64,000 nucleotides of DNA from Candidatus Limnocylindrales bacterium (GTDB taxonomy: Bacteria; Chloroflexota; Limnocylindria; Limnocylindrales; CSP1-4), in NCBI GenBank assembly GCA_036274475.1, contig DASUFO010000035.1, positions 6,655 to 70,654 on the forward strand, written 5' to 3'. The position numbers and the translations under genes are program-made. The notes beneath the pieces are model-generated. The model did not search any database. It worked only from the letters and a program-made list of their open reading frames with translations, and was not told where the DNA came from. Of the stretch, positions 34,113 through 43,360 are shown piece after piece (the first letter of the stretch is position 1; each line of letters opens with the position of its first letter).

Positions 34113-36161
34113 GTGGCCCTTGTCGCCGAGCCGGACCGGCTTCTCGCGGATCTCAACGACGCCCAGCTGGAGGCCGTCCGCGCGGTCGAGGGACCGCTCG
34201 CGATCATCGCCGGCGCAGGCACGGGCAAGACCCGCGTGATCAGCCGCCGCACCGCGTTTGCGATCGCGACCGGGGCGATTCCCGCGGACCAGGTCCTGGT
34301 CGTCACGTTCACGGACAAGGCTGCGGGCGAGATGGCGGATCGACTGCGCCGGCTGGGGCTGGCCGGGGTCACGGCCCGCACGTTCCACGCCCACGCGCTC
34401 AGCCAGCTGCGGTTCTTCTGGCCACTCCACCACGACGGCGCGCCGTTGCCGGCGCTGCTGGATTCGAAGCTGCCGCTGCTCGGCCGCATCGTTCGCCGCC
34501 TCCCTGGCCACTACCGGTTCACACCGGCGAAGGATCTCGCGGACGAGATCGAGTGGGCGAAGAGCCGGCGCGTCGGGCCGGGGACCTACGAGCGCGCCGC
34601 GGCGGAGGCGCGCCGGGAGCCGCCGATCCCGGTCGACCTCTTCGTCCGGGCGTTCGGCGATTACGAACGGGCGAAGGTCCGGGCCGGCCGGATGGACTTC
34701 GACGACCTTCTGACCGAGACGATCGAGCTGCTCGCCGGCGACCCCGAAGCCGCCGCCACGGTTCGGGCGAGGAAGCGCTGGTTCAGCGTCGACGAGTACC
34801 AGGACACGAACCCGCTCCAGGAGCGGCTCCTCGAGCTGTGGGCCGGCGACTCGTCCGATGTCTGCGTGGTGGGCGACGCCGACCAGACGATCTACACGTT
34901 CGCCGGCGCGTCACCGGCATTCCTCGAGACGTTCGCGGACCGCCACCCCGGCGCCCGGGTCGTGGAGCTGACGGAGAACTACCGCTCGACGCCCGAAGTC
35001 CTGGACATCGCAAACCGGCTGCTCTGGAATGCCGGCCGGCCCAAAACGCTCCAGGCGACGCGGCCGCCGGGCCCCGTGCCGGAGATCGTTCGCCATCCCG
35101 GCGACGACGCGGAGCTCGCCTGGCTGGTCAGCCGGGTGGGCCGGCTGCACCACGAGGGAACGCGACTCGCCGAGATCGCCGTGCTCGTTCGGACGAACGC
35201 TCAGATCGAGCCGGTCGAGGCGGCCCTGACGAGGGCCGGGATCCCGTTCCGTGTTCGCGGCCTCGCGTTCTTCCGGCGACCGGACGTCCGGGCGGCGATC
35301 GACGTCATCCGCAGGTCCGTGCCCGTCGGCGGAGCGAGCGGACGGGCGCTCGCGACCGCGGTCCGCGCGGCGTGGACGCGGGAGCTCGGGTTCGAGGACG
35401 GCGTCGAGGATCGAGGCAACGAAGCCCGCGAGCGTGCGGCGGCGCTGGGCACGCTCTCTGCGATCGTCGACGATCTGGTCGCCGCGTCGCCGGCTCTCTC
35501 GCGCGACGACCTGCTCGCGGAGCTCGGCCGACGCGCCGCGATGGAGCAGGCGGCGGTCGAGGCCGATGACGCGAGCGGCGGCGTCGAGCTTGCCACGTAC
35601 CACCGGGCGAAGGGTCTCGAATGGGACGCCGTCTTCCTGCCGATGCTCGAGGAGGGCTCGCTGCCCATCCGCCAGGCGTTCGACGACGATGCGGCACTCG
35701 ACGAGGAGCGACGTCTGCTCTACGTCGGGATCACGCGAGCCCGGCTCCACCTCGCGCTGTCCTGGGCCGAGCGGCGCGACGGGCGTGGCGCGGCCGGACG
35801 AGGCGGTCCCCGACGGCCGTCGCGGTTCCTCGCCGGGCTGCTTCCGGCGGCTCGCCGCGAGCCCAGCTCGGCGTCGCCGGTGGCTGTCGGGCCGGGCCGC
35901 CCCGCGCGAGCCGCGCGACCATCCCGTGCGTCCCGCGAGCCGGACACGCCGGTGATGGCGGCGCTCCGCGAATGGCGCTGGCGCCGCGCCCAGGACGACG
36001 GCGTGGCAGCCTTCGTCGTCGCCCACGACGCGACCCTTCGCGCGATCGCCGAGGCTCGGCCGTCGTCGCTCACCGGCCTCGCCCGGGTGAAGGGCATGGG
36101 GCCGACGAAGCTCGAGCGCTACGGCGCCGAGATCCTGGTCGCCATCGCGTCGGTCGAATGA
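34113..36161 (+). CDS. UvrD/PcrA-family ATP-dependent DNA helicase with a C-terminal HRDC domain (UvrD2-like).
   Basis: GTG start. Motifs: AGAGTGKT, VDEYQDTN, TYHRAKGLEWDAVF, YVGITRAR. C-terminal LREWRWRRAQDDGVAAFVVAHDATLRAIAEARP...LARVKGMGPTKLERYG is HRDC-like. Confidence 0.88.
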   Translation: MALVAEPDRLLADLNDAQLEAVRAVEGPLAIIAGAGTGKTRVISRRTAFAIATGAIPADQVLVVTFTDKAAGEMADRLRRLGLAGVTARTFHAHALSQLRFFWPLHHDGAPLPALLDSKLPLLGRIVRRLPGHYRFTPAKDLADEIEWAKSRRVGPGTYERAAAEARREPPIPVDLFVRAFGDYERAKVRAGRMDFDDLLTETIELLAGDPEAAATVRARKRWFSVDEYQDTNPLQERLLELWAGDSSDVCVVGDADQTIYTFAGASPAFLETFADRHPGARVVELTENYRSTPEVLDIANRLLWNAGRPKTLQATRPPGPVPEIVRHPGDDAELAWLVSRVGRLHHEGTRLAEIAVLVRTNAQIEPVEAALTRAGIPFRVRGLAFFRRPDVRAAIDVIRRSVPVGGASGRALATAVRAAWTRELGFEDGVEDRGNEARERAAALGTLSAIVDDLVAASPALSRDDLLAELGRRAAMEQAAVEADDASGGVELATYHRAKGLEWDAVFLPMLEEGSLPIRQAFDDDAALDEERRLLYVGITRARLHLALSWAERRDGRGAAGRGGPRRPSRFLAGLLPAARREPSSASPVAVGPGRPARAARPSRASREPDTPVMAALREWRWRRAQDDGVAAFVVAHDATLRAIAEARPSSLTGLARVKGMGPTKLERYGAEILVAIASVE

Positions 36162-36516
36162 GGGACGCGGTGGCCCGCCCGAGATCGCAGTCGATCCGAG
36201 CGCTGCGGTGAATCCCTGACGGTCGCGTCGATCGGGCCACGCTCGCGTGGTCCATACGGGGGATGCACAGCGCCGTCGCAACGGGCATACTCCCCGTTGA
36301 CACGGATCTGCAACACGGGGCTCGAACAACCTCAGACGCCGCTCCGGCAGCCCAACCGACCCCCGTCTCGGGTCTCTGATCACGGTCGCTCACCGACCGC
36401 GCCCCCATCCCGCGCTCGCGGCATCCGTCGTCCCAGCCGCCCCAGTCTGCCGTGCGGCCCATCCAACCGTCGTCCGCGCGTGCGCGCGGCCGTCAGGCAG
36501 GGAGGAGGCACGAATC

Positions 36517-37185
36517 TTGCTCGGTTCCGCCAACGGCGCCCAGAGGGCGTCCCTCAGGGACTCGAACGTCCCGCCCGCGACTCGCTCGCGGTCCCTCGTC
36601 ATCGCGACCATCGCGGCCGCACTGCTCGTATCGCTGATCGCGGCCCCCGCGGCGGCCTCCGTTCGCACGACGGTCCGGATCCCGAACCAGGTCACCCCAC
36701 AGGTGACGACAGCGCCCGCGTACTGGCTCCCCGAAGAGCTCTACTACACGGGCCTCGTGAACTGCAACCGCACCGGCGGGTGGGTCCTGTCAAACGGCTC
36801 GTGCAAGGGCTACGGCAGCGGCCGGTACAGCAGGTACGTCGCGCCGGTGAAGTATGCGAACGGCATGGCCGATATGGTCTCGCGGCCGTACGCGAGACTG
36901 CTCGTCGTCCGCAACCAGTGCAGCCACTTCTACACGAGCACGCCGCTCGAGCGGATGCGGGCCGCCGGCTACACCTCCGTCCGCAACTGGGGCGAGAACA
37001 TCGGTTGCCGGTCTGCGTCACTGGCGAAGACCGCCGTGCTCCAGTCGCACCTGTTCTTCCAGTCCGAGAAATCCACCAACGGCGGGCATTGGCGGAACAT
37101 CAGGAATCCCGACTTCCACTGGATCGGGGTTGGGATCTGGAAGCAGGGAACGCGCGTTCGCCTCGTGACGGACTTCGTCGCGTGA
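36517..37185 (+). CDS. Secreted CAP-domain (SCP/PR-1-like) protein.
   Basis: TTG start with GGAGGAGG 8 nt upstream. Signal-like LVIATIAAALLVSLIAAPAAAS. C-terminal ...GENIGC...AVLQSHLFFQSEKSTNGGHWRNIRNPDFHWIGVGIW is the CAP signature. Confidence 0.75.
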   Translation: MLGSANGAQRASLRDSNVPPATRSRSLVIATIAAALLVSLIAAPAAASVRTTVRIPNQVTPQVTTAPAYWLPEELYYTGLVNCNRTGGWVLSNGSCKGYGSGRYSRYVAPVKYANGMADMVSRPYARLLVVRNQCSHFYTSTPLERMRAAGYTSVRNWGENIGCRSASLAKTAVLQSHLFFQSEKSTNGGHWRNIRNPDFHWIGVGIWKQGTRVRLVTDFVA

Positions 37186-37585
37186 CCTGATCTTCAGGCC
37201 GCAGCCACTTGCCGACGATGGCCCGGCCGCGCTGGAGCGCGACCGGGCCGATCGTTCCCCCCGGCTACATTTGCGCCGCGGATCCGGGTTCGCGGCGCGG
37301 GAGAATCACAGCCTCCGTTACGGTGTGTTGGAGGCCGCGCCAATCCGTGGCGGCGGGGAGCGGCCGGCGAATCAGGCGCGCGGCGCGGCCGAGCCATCTC
37401 GCACCGATCGTACCGCCGCCGCGGCGCGGGCAGGTGGACCGGAAGTGTTGCAGTTGCATTACAGCCCGGCTTCGTCGCGCGCATGAACGATCGGGGCATC
37501 CGCGCCGAGACGTTCGGGCCATGGGGCCGCTGGGTCGTTCCTCCTAGGCTCGCCGGACCCAACCATTGGTCAGGACTGTCGCGCC

Positions 37586-39412
37586 GTGTTTGGAACCTCA
37601 CCTCGGCCCCGCCGCCCGCTGCTGCTCGTCCTCGTCTACGGCGCGTTCCTGGCGCTCGTGGGCATCACCGCGACGGCCCAGGCGGTCATGGTCTCGGCCC
37701 ATTTCTCTGCTGCGACGCTGAACGACGTCGTCGGCAGCGACGCGGCAACGACGCGGGCGTTCGTGAACGCCAACCTGCTTGCGAGCGACCTTGAAGCACC
37801 GTCACTGCCGGCCGACCGCGTTGCCGCGCTCGAGCGCGGCCTCGCTTCCCTGACCGCAACCGGCGAGATTCTGCGCGTCGAGCTGCGGCGGCCCGACGGC
37901 ACCGTGGTCGCCGCGAGCGTGCCCGGCCTGGCCGGCGCGGCGGCGGGCGGCGAACCCGCGTTCGCCGACGCCGCGGCCGGTTCTCCGCGCGCCGCGATCG
38001 TGCCGCTCGCCGAGGCTGCGACCGCCCCCGGATCGGTAGTCCTGCCGGCCGAAACGCTGATCCGCGAAGACCTTCCGATCGAGACCGACGACGTCGTCCG
38101 CGGCGTCGTCGTCATGTGGCGCGACGCCGCGCCCGTCCTCGTTCGGCTGGCCGACGTCCGGCGCGATGTCGTCCTCGTGACGCTGAGCGCCGGCCTGATC
38201 GCAGCCGCGCTGCTGTTCCTGATCTTCCGGACGGCCCAGGGGCGAATCTCACGCCAGACCGCGGAGCTCGTGGAGTCGACCCGGCGCGATTCGCTGACCG
38301 CGTCGCTCAACCACGGCGCGCTCGTCGCGCACCTCGCCGACGAGATCGAGCGCGCCAGGGCGTCCGGCAACCCGCTCGGCGTCGCACTCGTCGACCTCGA
38401 CAACTTCCGGCTGCTCAACGACAACCACGGTCACGACGCCGGCGACCGGGCGCTGCTCGCCGTTCACGGCCAGCTTGCCGGCCAACTCCCGGCCGATGTG
38501 GTGATCGGCCGCTACGGCCCCGACGAGTTCCTGCTGATCGCGCCCTCCCGAGCGGTCGGCGACCTCGAGCCCGCGATTGATCGCGTCCGGGTCGCGCTGG
38601 CCGATCTCAGCCTGCAGTTCGAGGCGACGGAGCGGCTGCCGGTGACGATCAGCGCAGGGTTGGCGACCTACCCCGACCACGGCGAATCGGTCACGGTGCT
38701 GCTGGCGGTCGCCGCCCGGACGCTCCAGGAGGCGAAGGCGAGCGGTGGCGACGCCGTCCGGATCACCGACGCCGAGGCCGCCTCGACCCCGACGCACGCG
38801 ACGTTCGACGTCCTGCAGGGGCTCGTCCACGCCGTCGACACGAAGGACCGCTACACGAAACGTCACTCCGAGGATGTCGCTCGCTACGGCGTCTTCCTCG
38901 CCCGACAGGTCGACGCCGACCCGGACCTCGTCAACACGATCCGCGTCGCGGGACTGCTCCACGACGTCGGCAAGATCGGGATCCCCGACGGCATCCTCCG
39001 CAAGCCCGGCAAGCTGACGGACGCCGAGTTCGCGATCGTCCAGCAGCACGTCGCCCTGGGCGACGCGATCGTCCGCGACCTGCCCGACATCGACCTGGTC
39101 CGGGCCGGGATCCGCCACCACCACGAACGCTGGGACGGCGACGGCTACCTCGACCATCTCACCGGAGAGGAGATTCCGCTCATTGCCCGGATCCTCGCGG
39201 TCGGGGATGCCTTCTCGGCGATGACCACGACCCGGCCGTACCGCAAGGCGCTCGACGTTCGCGAGGCGCTCCGGCGGCTGGAGGACGCGGCCGGGAGCCA
39301 GCTGGACGCGGCCCTGGTGAAGGCCTTTGTCGCCGGCATCGAAACGGCGGCGGATGCGCCGCTCCCGGGCGCGCCGACGCTGCCCGCGCTGTGGACGCCG
39401 CGGGTCGCGTGA
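37586..39412 (+). CDS. Membrane sensor protein with a degenerate GGDEF domain (GPDEF) and an HD-GYP-type phosphodiesterase domain.
   Basis: N-terminal TM segment, periplasmic-like region, second TM segment. GGDEF domain: LVDLDNFRLLNDNHGHDAGD...IGRYGPDEFLLIAP. HD domain: HSEDVARYG...GLLHDVGKIGIPD...HHERWDGDGYLD (GYL in place of GYP). Confidence 0.85.
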   Translation: MFGTSPRPRRPLLLVLVYGAFLALVGITATAQAVMVSAHFSAATLNDVVGSDAATTRAFVNANLLASDLEAPSLPADRVAALERGLASLTATGEILRVELRRPDGTVVAASVPGLAGAAAGGEPAFADAAAGSPRAAIVPLAEAATAPGSVVLPAETLIREDLPIETDDVVRGVVVMWRDAAPVLVRLADVRRDVVLVTLSAGLIAAALLFLIFRTAQGRISRQTAELVESTRRDSLTASLNHGALVAHLADEIERARASGNPLGVALVDLDNFRLLNDNHGHDAGDRALLAVHGQLAGQLPADVVIGRYGPDEFLLIAPSRAVGDLEPAIDRVRVALADLSLQFEATERLPVTISAGLATYPDHGESVTVLLAVAARTLQEAKASGGDAVRITDAEAASTPTHATFDVLQGLVHAVDTKDRYTKRHSEDVARYGVFLARQVDADPDLVNTIRVAGLLHDVGKIGIPDGILRKPGKLTDAEFAIVQQHVALGDAIVRDLPDIDLVRAGIRHHHERWDGDGYLDHLTGEEIPLIARILAVGDAFSAMTTTRPYRKALDVREALRRLEDAAGSQLDAALVKAFVAGIETAADAPLPGAPTLPALWTPRVA

Positions 39413-40743
39413 CCGCCAACCGGTCGCAGCGCCGTCTCGCCGCGACGCTCGCCGCGGGCCTCCTGTTCGCAGCGACGATCGGCGGCAGGGGTCCGGCGTC
39501 GCCGGCGGCAGCACTCTCGCTGGTCGCGGTGCCCGACACCCTCACCGTCACCCACGACCGCACGACGGCGGTCCCGGCTCCCGGCGTGCTCAAGAACGAC
39601 ATCACGGTCCTCGGGACGACTGCCGTTCTCGACACCCAGCCAGGCCACGGATCCGTCGTGCTGAAGCCGAACGGCAGCTACACCTACGACCCCGACCCGC
39701 TCTACGTCGGCGCCGACGTGTTCAAGTACCACGACTTCGACGGGCTGCTGCCGACGAACACGACGACCGTCACGATCACGGTGCTGAACCGCGCGCCGAC
39801 GGCCCGGGACGATCGCGAGTCCGCCAACGCCGGCCGGAAGGAGGTCGTCGAGGCGCCGGGCGTCCTCGAGAACGACGACGACGCCGACGGCGACGAGCTC
39901 CAGGCGACGCTCGTGTCGGGCCCATCGCATGGGGCGGTAGTGCTCCGGTCCGACGGATCGTTCGACTACACGGCCGATCCGGGATTCGACGGCGACGACG
40001 TCTTCACCTACGTCGCGACCGACGGCATTGCCAGCTCCTCGCCGGCCGAGGTCACGATGAACGTGTCGGCCTCCGGTTCGACGCCGCGACCCAGCTCGCC
40101 ACCACCGCCCACACCCACGCCGACGCCCACGCCGACGCCGATCCTGCCGCTGCCGAGCCTCACGCTGCCACCGTTGCCGCTCCCGACCTTGACGTTGCCG
40201 CCGCTGCCCCTGCCGACGCTCCTGGCGACCCCACGGCCTTCGCCGACACCCAGTCCACGACCCGGCGAGACGGCGCCGCCCTCGACGTCACCGGGCGCTC
40301 AGCCTGGCGCCAGCCCGTCGCCGGCCGATCCGGAGGCAAGCGAACGCCCCGGTGCGGTCGTCCCGCCCGGTCCTCGCGACAACGGGTCCGGCGGGAGCGG
40401 CGGCGAACGCGGGTCAGGCGGCGGCGCCGGCTCGGCTGGCTCGATCGCCCCCGGCGAACGTGGCTCGTCAGCGGGCGGCACGGATGCGGACGGTCCGGTG
40501 TTCAGGATTGCCGGCGACGGACCCGATCCGGTCGTTCCGATGATGAACGCCGAGTTCGCGGGCTTCGATGGCATCGACTGGGCGGTCCCGGCCCTCACGC
40601 TGAGCGTCCCGGGATTGCTCCTGATGCTCGCCGTCCTCGCCCAGCTGACTGCCAGCGCGATCTGGCTGCCGATGATCCGGCGCTGGCTCGGCGCGTTCGG
40701 CGTCGGGCGGCGACGGCGTGGGAGTGCCGGCAACCCGATCTGA
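39409..40743 (+). CDS. Surface protein with tandem cadherin/VCBS-like Ig domains, Pro-rich stalk and C-terminal membrane anchor.
   Basis: GTG at 39409 overlaps the upstream TGA (GTGA); the track start is 39391. Two repeats of the type APGVL.ND.D.....L.A.L...P.HG.V.L...GSF.Y..DP.F.G.D.F.Y. Stalk: TPTPTPTPTP and (LPLP[ST]LTLPP) x2.6. C-terminal TM segment plus RRRRG. Confidence 0.75.
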   Translation: MTANRSQRRLAATLAAGLLFAATIGGRGPASPAAALSLVAVPDTLTVTHDRTTAVPAPGVLKNDITVLGTTAVLDTQPGHGSVVLKPNGSYTYDPDPLYVGADVFKYHDFDGLLPTNTTTVTITVLNRAPTARDDRESANAGRKEVVEAPGVLENDDDADGDELQATLVSGPSHGAVVLRSDGSFDYTADPGFDGDDVFTYVATDGIASSSPAEVTMNVSASGSTPRPSSPPPPTPTPTPTPTPILPLPSLTLPPLPLPTLTLPPLPLPTLLATPRPSPTPSPRPGETAPPSTSPGAQPGASPSPADPEASERPGAVVPPGPRDNGSGGSGGERGSGGGAGSAGSIAPGERGSSAGGTDADGPVFRIAGDGPDPVVPMMNAEFAGFDGIDWAVPALTLSVPGLLLMLAVLAQLTASAIWLPMIRRWLGAFGVGRRRRGSAGNPI

Positions 40744-40800
40744 CGGCGTCAACGCTCTCGCCATTTGACCGCCGTCTCGGCCGGACGGCACCCTTCTCCC

Positions 40801-41994
40801 ATGACCCGACGCCCCGTCGCCGCCGTGGTCCTGTGCCTGCTGGCCTTCAGCATCGGCCTCGCGATCGCCGCTCCCCGCTCCGCCCCCGCGGACGGAGCCC
40901 GTGGGGGTGCGGCCGGGCAGCCGTCGAGCCGTGTCACCAACGCCCCGTCGCGCTCGCCGATCCCGATCCCCGGCCACGAGGTCTACGGCTTCGTTCCGTA
41001 CTGGGAGATGGACCCGGGCATCGCTGACCACCTCGCCGCGACGGAGCTCACGACGATCGGTCTCTTCTCCGTCACCCACGGCAAGAACGGCGCGCTGTCC
41101 GCCAACCAGAACGGCTACCGCCGGATCCTGGGCCCGACGGGCGAGCGGATCATCCGCGAGGCGCATGATCGAGGCGTCCGGACGGAGCTCGTGTACACGT
41201 CGTTCGGGGAGCGCAAGAACGACGCGTTCTTCGGGAACGACGAGGCCCGGGCGCGGACGATCGACGAGCTCGTCGCGCTCGCGAAGGACCTCGGCATGGA
41301 CGGCATCAACGTCGACGTCGAGCTGCTCGGCGTCGAGCACATTCCGGCCTATGGCGACTTCGTCGGCCGGCTCCGCGCGGCGGTGCGGGAGGCGATCGCG
41401 GATGGCGAGGTCTCGGTCGCGACGACGGCCAACCAGCGCGGCGCGGCGATGGCCCGCGCCGCGTCCCTCGCGGGCGCCGATCGGATCTTCATGATGGGCT
41501 ATGACTATCGCGTCGGCGGGTCCGAACCCGGCGCCTCTGCGCCGCTCGAGCGCCGCGATGGCAGCGACAAGGATCTCGGCTGGTCGCTCGACCTGTACCG
41601 CGATGCCGGCGTGCCGCCGGAGCGGACGATTCTCGGGCTGCCGCTGTATGGCATGGTCTGGCCGGTCACCGGGCCGGAGCTCGGTGCGGCGTCGACCGGT
41701 CGTGGCGAGATCTGGGTGCCGCGCCGGAACCTTGCGACGATCGAGTCACCGGAGGCGTCGCCGGCCTACGACGACGTCGAGGACGTGACGATGCTCGCAG
41801 TCCCCAACGGTGACTCGTGGCAGTCGGTCTATTACGACACGCCGGCCAGCCTCACGCCGAAGCTGGCGGCGGCCGATGAGCGTGGTCTCGCCGGCGCCGG
41901 GTTCTGGGCGGTCGGCTACGAGCGCGGGCTCCCCGAGTACACGCAGCTGATCGCGTCGTTCCGGGCGGGCCAGCTCGCGGCAACGGCGCCCTAG
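40801..41994 (+). CDS. Secreted glycoside hydrolase family 18 (chitinase/YaaH-like).
   Basis: ATG at 40801 lies before the signal peptide MTRRPVAAVVLCLLAFSIGLAIA. Catalytic motif LGMDGINVDVE (DxxDxDxE). Also VYGFVPYWE. Confidence 0.8.
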   Translation: MTRRPVAAVVLCLLAFSIGLAIAAPRSAPADGARGGAAGQPSSRVTNAPSRSPIPIPGHEVYGFVPYWEMDPGIADHLAATELTTIGLFSVTHGKNGALSANQNGYRRILGPTGERIIREAHDRGVRTELVYTSFGERKNDAFFGNDEARARTIDELVALAKDLGMDGINVDVELLGVEHIPAYGDFVGRLRAAVREAIADGEVSVATTANQRGAAMARAASLAGADRIFMMGYDYRVGGSEPGASAPLERRDGSDKDLGWSLDLYRDAGVPPERTILGLPLYGMVWPVTGPELGAASTGRGEIWVPRRNLATIESPEASPAYDDVEDVTMLAVPNGDSWQSVYYDTPASLTPKLAAADERGLAGAGFWAVGYERGLPEYTQLIASFRAGQLAATAP

Positions 41995-42413
41995 GCGGTT
42001 CGGCGCCGCGCGTCCGCGCCCGGGATTCCGCGGCGCGAGAGCTCGCCCGCAAGAGCGTCCAGGTCGTCGGCGCCGGCCCAGACCGCCGGCGCGCGGAACA
42101 GCCCCCAGCGGACCGGGTCCTTGAGATCGATCCGGACGGCGCCGTGAGCGCTGCCGCAGAAGGAGACATCGTGATGGCGGATACTCATCCGGACGCCGAT
42201 CGCCTTGATCCACGTGAACGGGCCCTCGATGCGATAGCGCTGAAGGTTCGAGACGGGCGTCCGAAAGCCGAACCGGCCGAAGCGGATCGTCAGGTCGTCG
42301 CCGAGCTCCGCGTAGGCAGTCCCGGGCGTCGCCCCGAACAGCCGGGCGACCGGCCGCGACCGGGGGCCGATCCGGATCGGGAATCGAACGGCGTCGTCGG
42401 CGACGGCAGTCAT
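41991..42413 (-). CDS. Hypothetical 140-aa protein.
   Basis: ATG at 42413 lies within the over-extended track ORF. Sequence MTAVADDAVRFPIRIGPRSRPVARLFG...YRIEGPFTWIKAIGVRMSIRHHDVSF has a non-biased composition. Its stop overlaps the GH18 stop (CTAG). Confidence 0.5.
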   Translation of the reverse strand: MTAVADDAVRFPIRIGPRSRPVARLFGATPGTAYAELGDDLTIRFGRFGFRTPVSNLQRYRIEGPFTWIKAIGVRMSIRHHDVSFCGSAHGAVRIDLKDPVRWGLFRAPAVWAGADDLDALAGELSRRGIPGADARRRTA

Positions 42414-42494
42414 CGTGGCAACGCTACATCCTTCCGCTGGGCGTGGTGTCCGCTGCCCCCGCACGTCGCCACACGCAGCCCATAGACTTCGGAG

Positions 42495-43202
42495 ATGCCG
42501 GCCGTCGAGATCGCGACCGCACTCCTCTTGATCATCGTCCCGCTCGCCTTCAACGCTGCCTTCTTCGCGCTCGGCTCGGCATTTGACTACCCAGACATCC
42601 TGCGTCGCGAGCCCGACGAGATCCTCCGGCGGTTCCATGCCGGCGGTGCCGGGTTGATCCTGCGCTGGGAGGCGCTCCTGCTGAGCGCGCTCGCGATGCT
42701 GCCGCTCGTGGCGCTCCTCGCGGTTGTCCTTGCCGCGCAGCCCGCGCTCACGGCGCTTGCCCTCGTCTTCGGATCCGTTGCCGCGCTCGTGCAGGGCCTG
42801 GGACTCGTGCGCTGGCCGTTCGCCGTCCCGGAGCTGGCTCGGCGATACGTCACGGCGGATACGCTGCCACCGGCCGAAGCCGCGGCCGCTCGACAGTCCG
42901 CCGAGACGACCTTCGCGACGCTCCATCGCCTGTTCGGGGTGGGAGTCGGCGAGCACCTCGGCTACCTGTTCACCGGCCTCTGGACACTCGTCGTCTCGGC
43001 GTCGATTCTCACGACGACCGCCGTTCCAAGCTGGCTCAGCGTCCCCGGCGTCGTGATCGGACTGGCGCTCCTCGTCGGCACGCTGGAGTTCGTCGGGCCG
43101 AACGAGCCCCAAGGCTGGAAGCTCGCCGGCGCGATCGTCCCGATCGCCTACATCGCGTGGTCGATCTGGCTGATCGTCCTGGGGATCGCGCTCGTCCTCT
43201 GA
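42495..43202 (+). CDS. Integral membrane protein (DUF4386-like).
   Basis: 235 aa with about 6 hydrophobic segments. Sequence: FDYPDILRREPDEILRRFHAGGAGLILRW. The family name is from memory. Confidence 0.6.
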   Translation: MPAVEIATALLLIIVPLAFNAAFFALGSAFDYPDILRREPDEILRRFHAGGAGLILRWEALLLSALAMLPLVALLAVVLAAQPALTALALVFGSVAALVQGLGLVRWPFAVPELARRYVTADTLPPAEAAAARQSAETTFATLHRLFGVGVGEHLGYLFTGLWTLVVSASILTTTAVPSWLSVPGVVIGLALLVGTLEFVGPNEPQGWKLAGAIVPIAYIAWSIWLIVLGIALVL

Positions 43203-43222
43203 CTTCGTTCGAGGTTTGAACC

Positions 43223-43308
43223 TGTCAATACCCGGTGGGGGTATTGACATCGAAGGAGGATCGCGGTGGTATCCTCCGTACGTCCGGCTTGTCAAGACTT
43301 GACAAGCC
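43223..43308 (+). promoter_or_regulatory. Three consecutive perfect inverted repeats in the dnaG leader / DUF4386 3' region.
   Basis: IR1: TGTCAATACCC-N5-GGGTATTGACA (43223-43249). IR2: GGAGGAT-N9-ATCCTCC (43255-43277). IR3: GGCTTGTCAAG-A-CTTGACAAGCC (43286-43308). All three were read directly from the sequence. IR1 and IR3 each contain TTGACA. Confidence 0.6.
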
Positions 43309-43360
43309 CATTCGCATGCCCGGGTGGCACTGCAGCCATGGGCGAGCGGGGAGGAGCGGT

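Noticed and set aside
36162-36516. A possible c-di-AMP (ydaO-type) riboswitch in the 355-nt leader of the CAP-domain gene. Strings GGUGAAUCC, ACGGGGGA, ACGGGG and CCCAACCGAC are present.
   Set aside because: The elements are not in the order I remember for the ydaO motif, and the highly conserved CCGACAGCUAAC segment is missing. An Rfam cmsearch would settle it. A local 7-bp hairpin CAACGGG-N7-CCCGTTG (36279-36299) is real but uninformative.
37186-37585. A 400-nt gap upstream of the GGDEF/HD-GYP gene containing several track ORFs (37194..37601-, 37209..37547+ and others).
   Set aside because: The ORFs are Arg-rich and overlapping, and I recognised no motif or RNA structure. Left unannotated.
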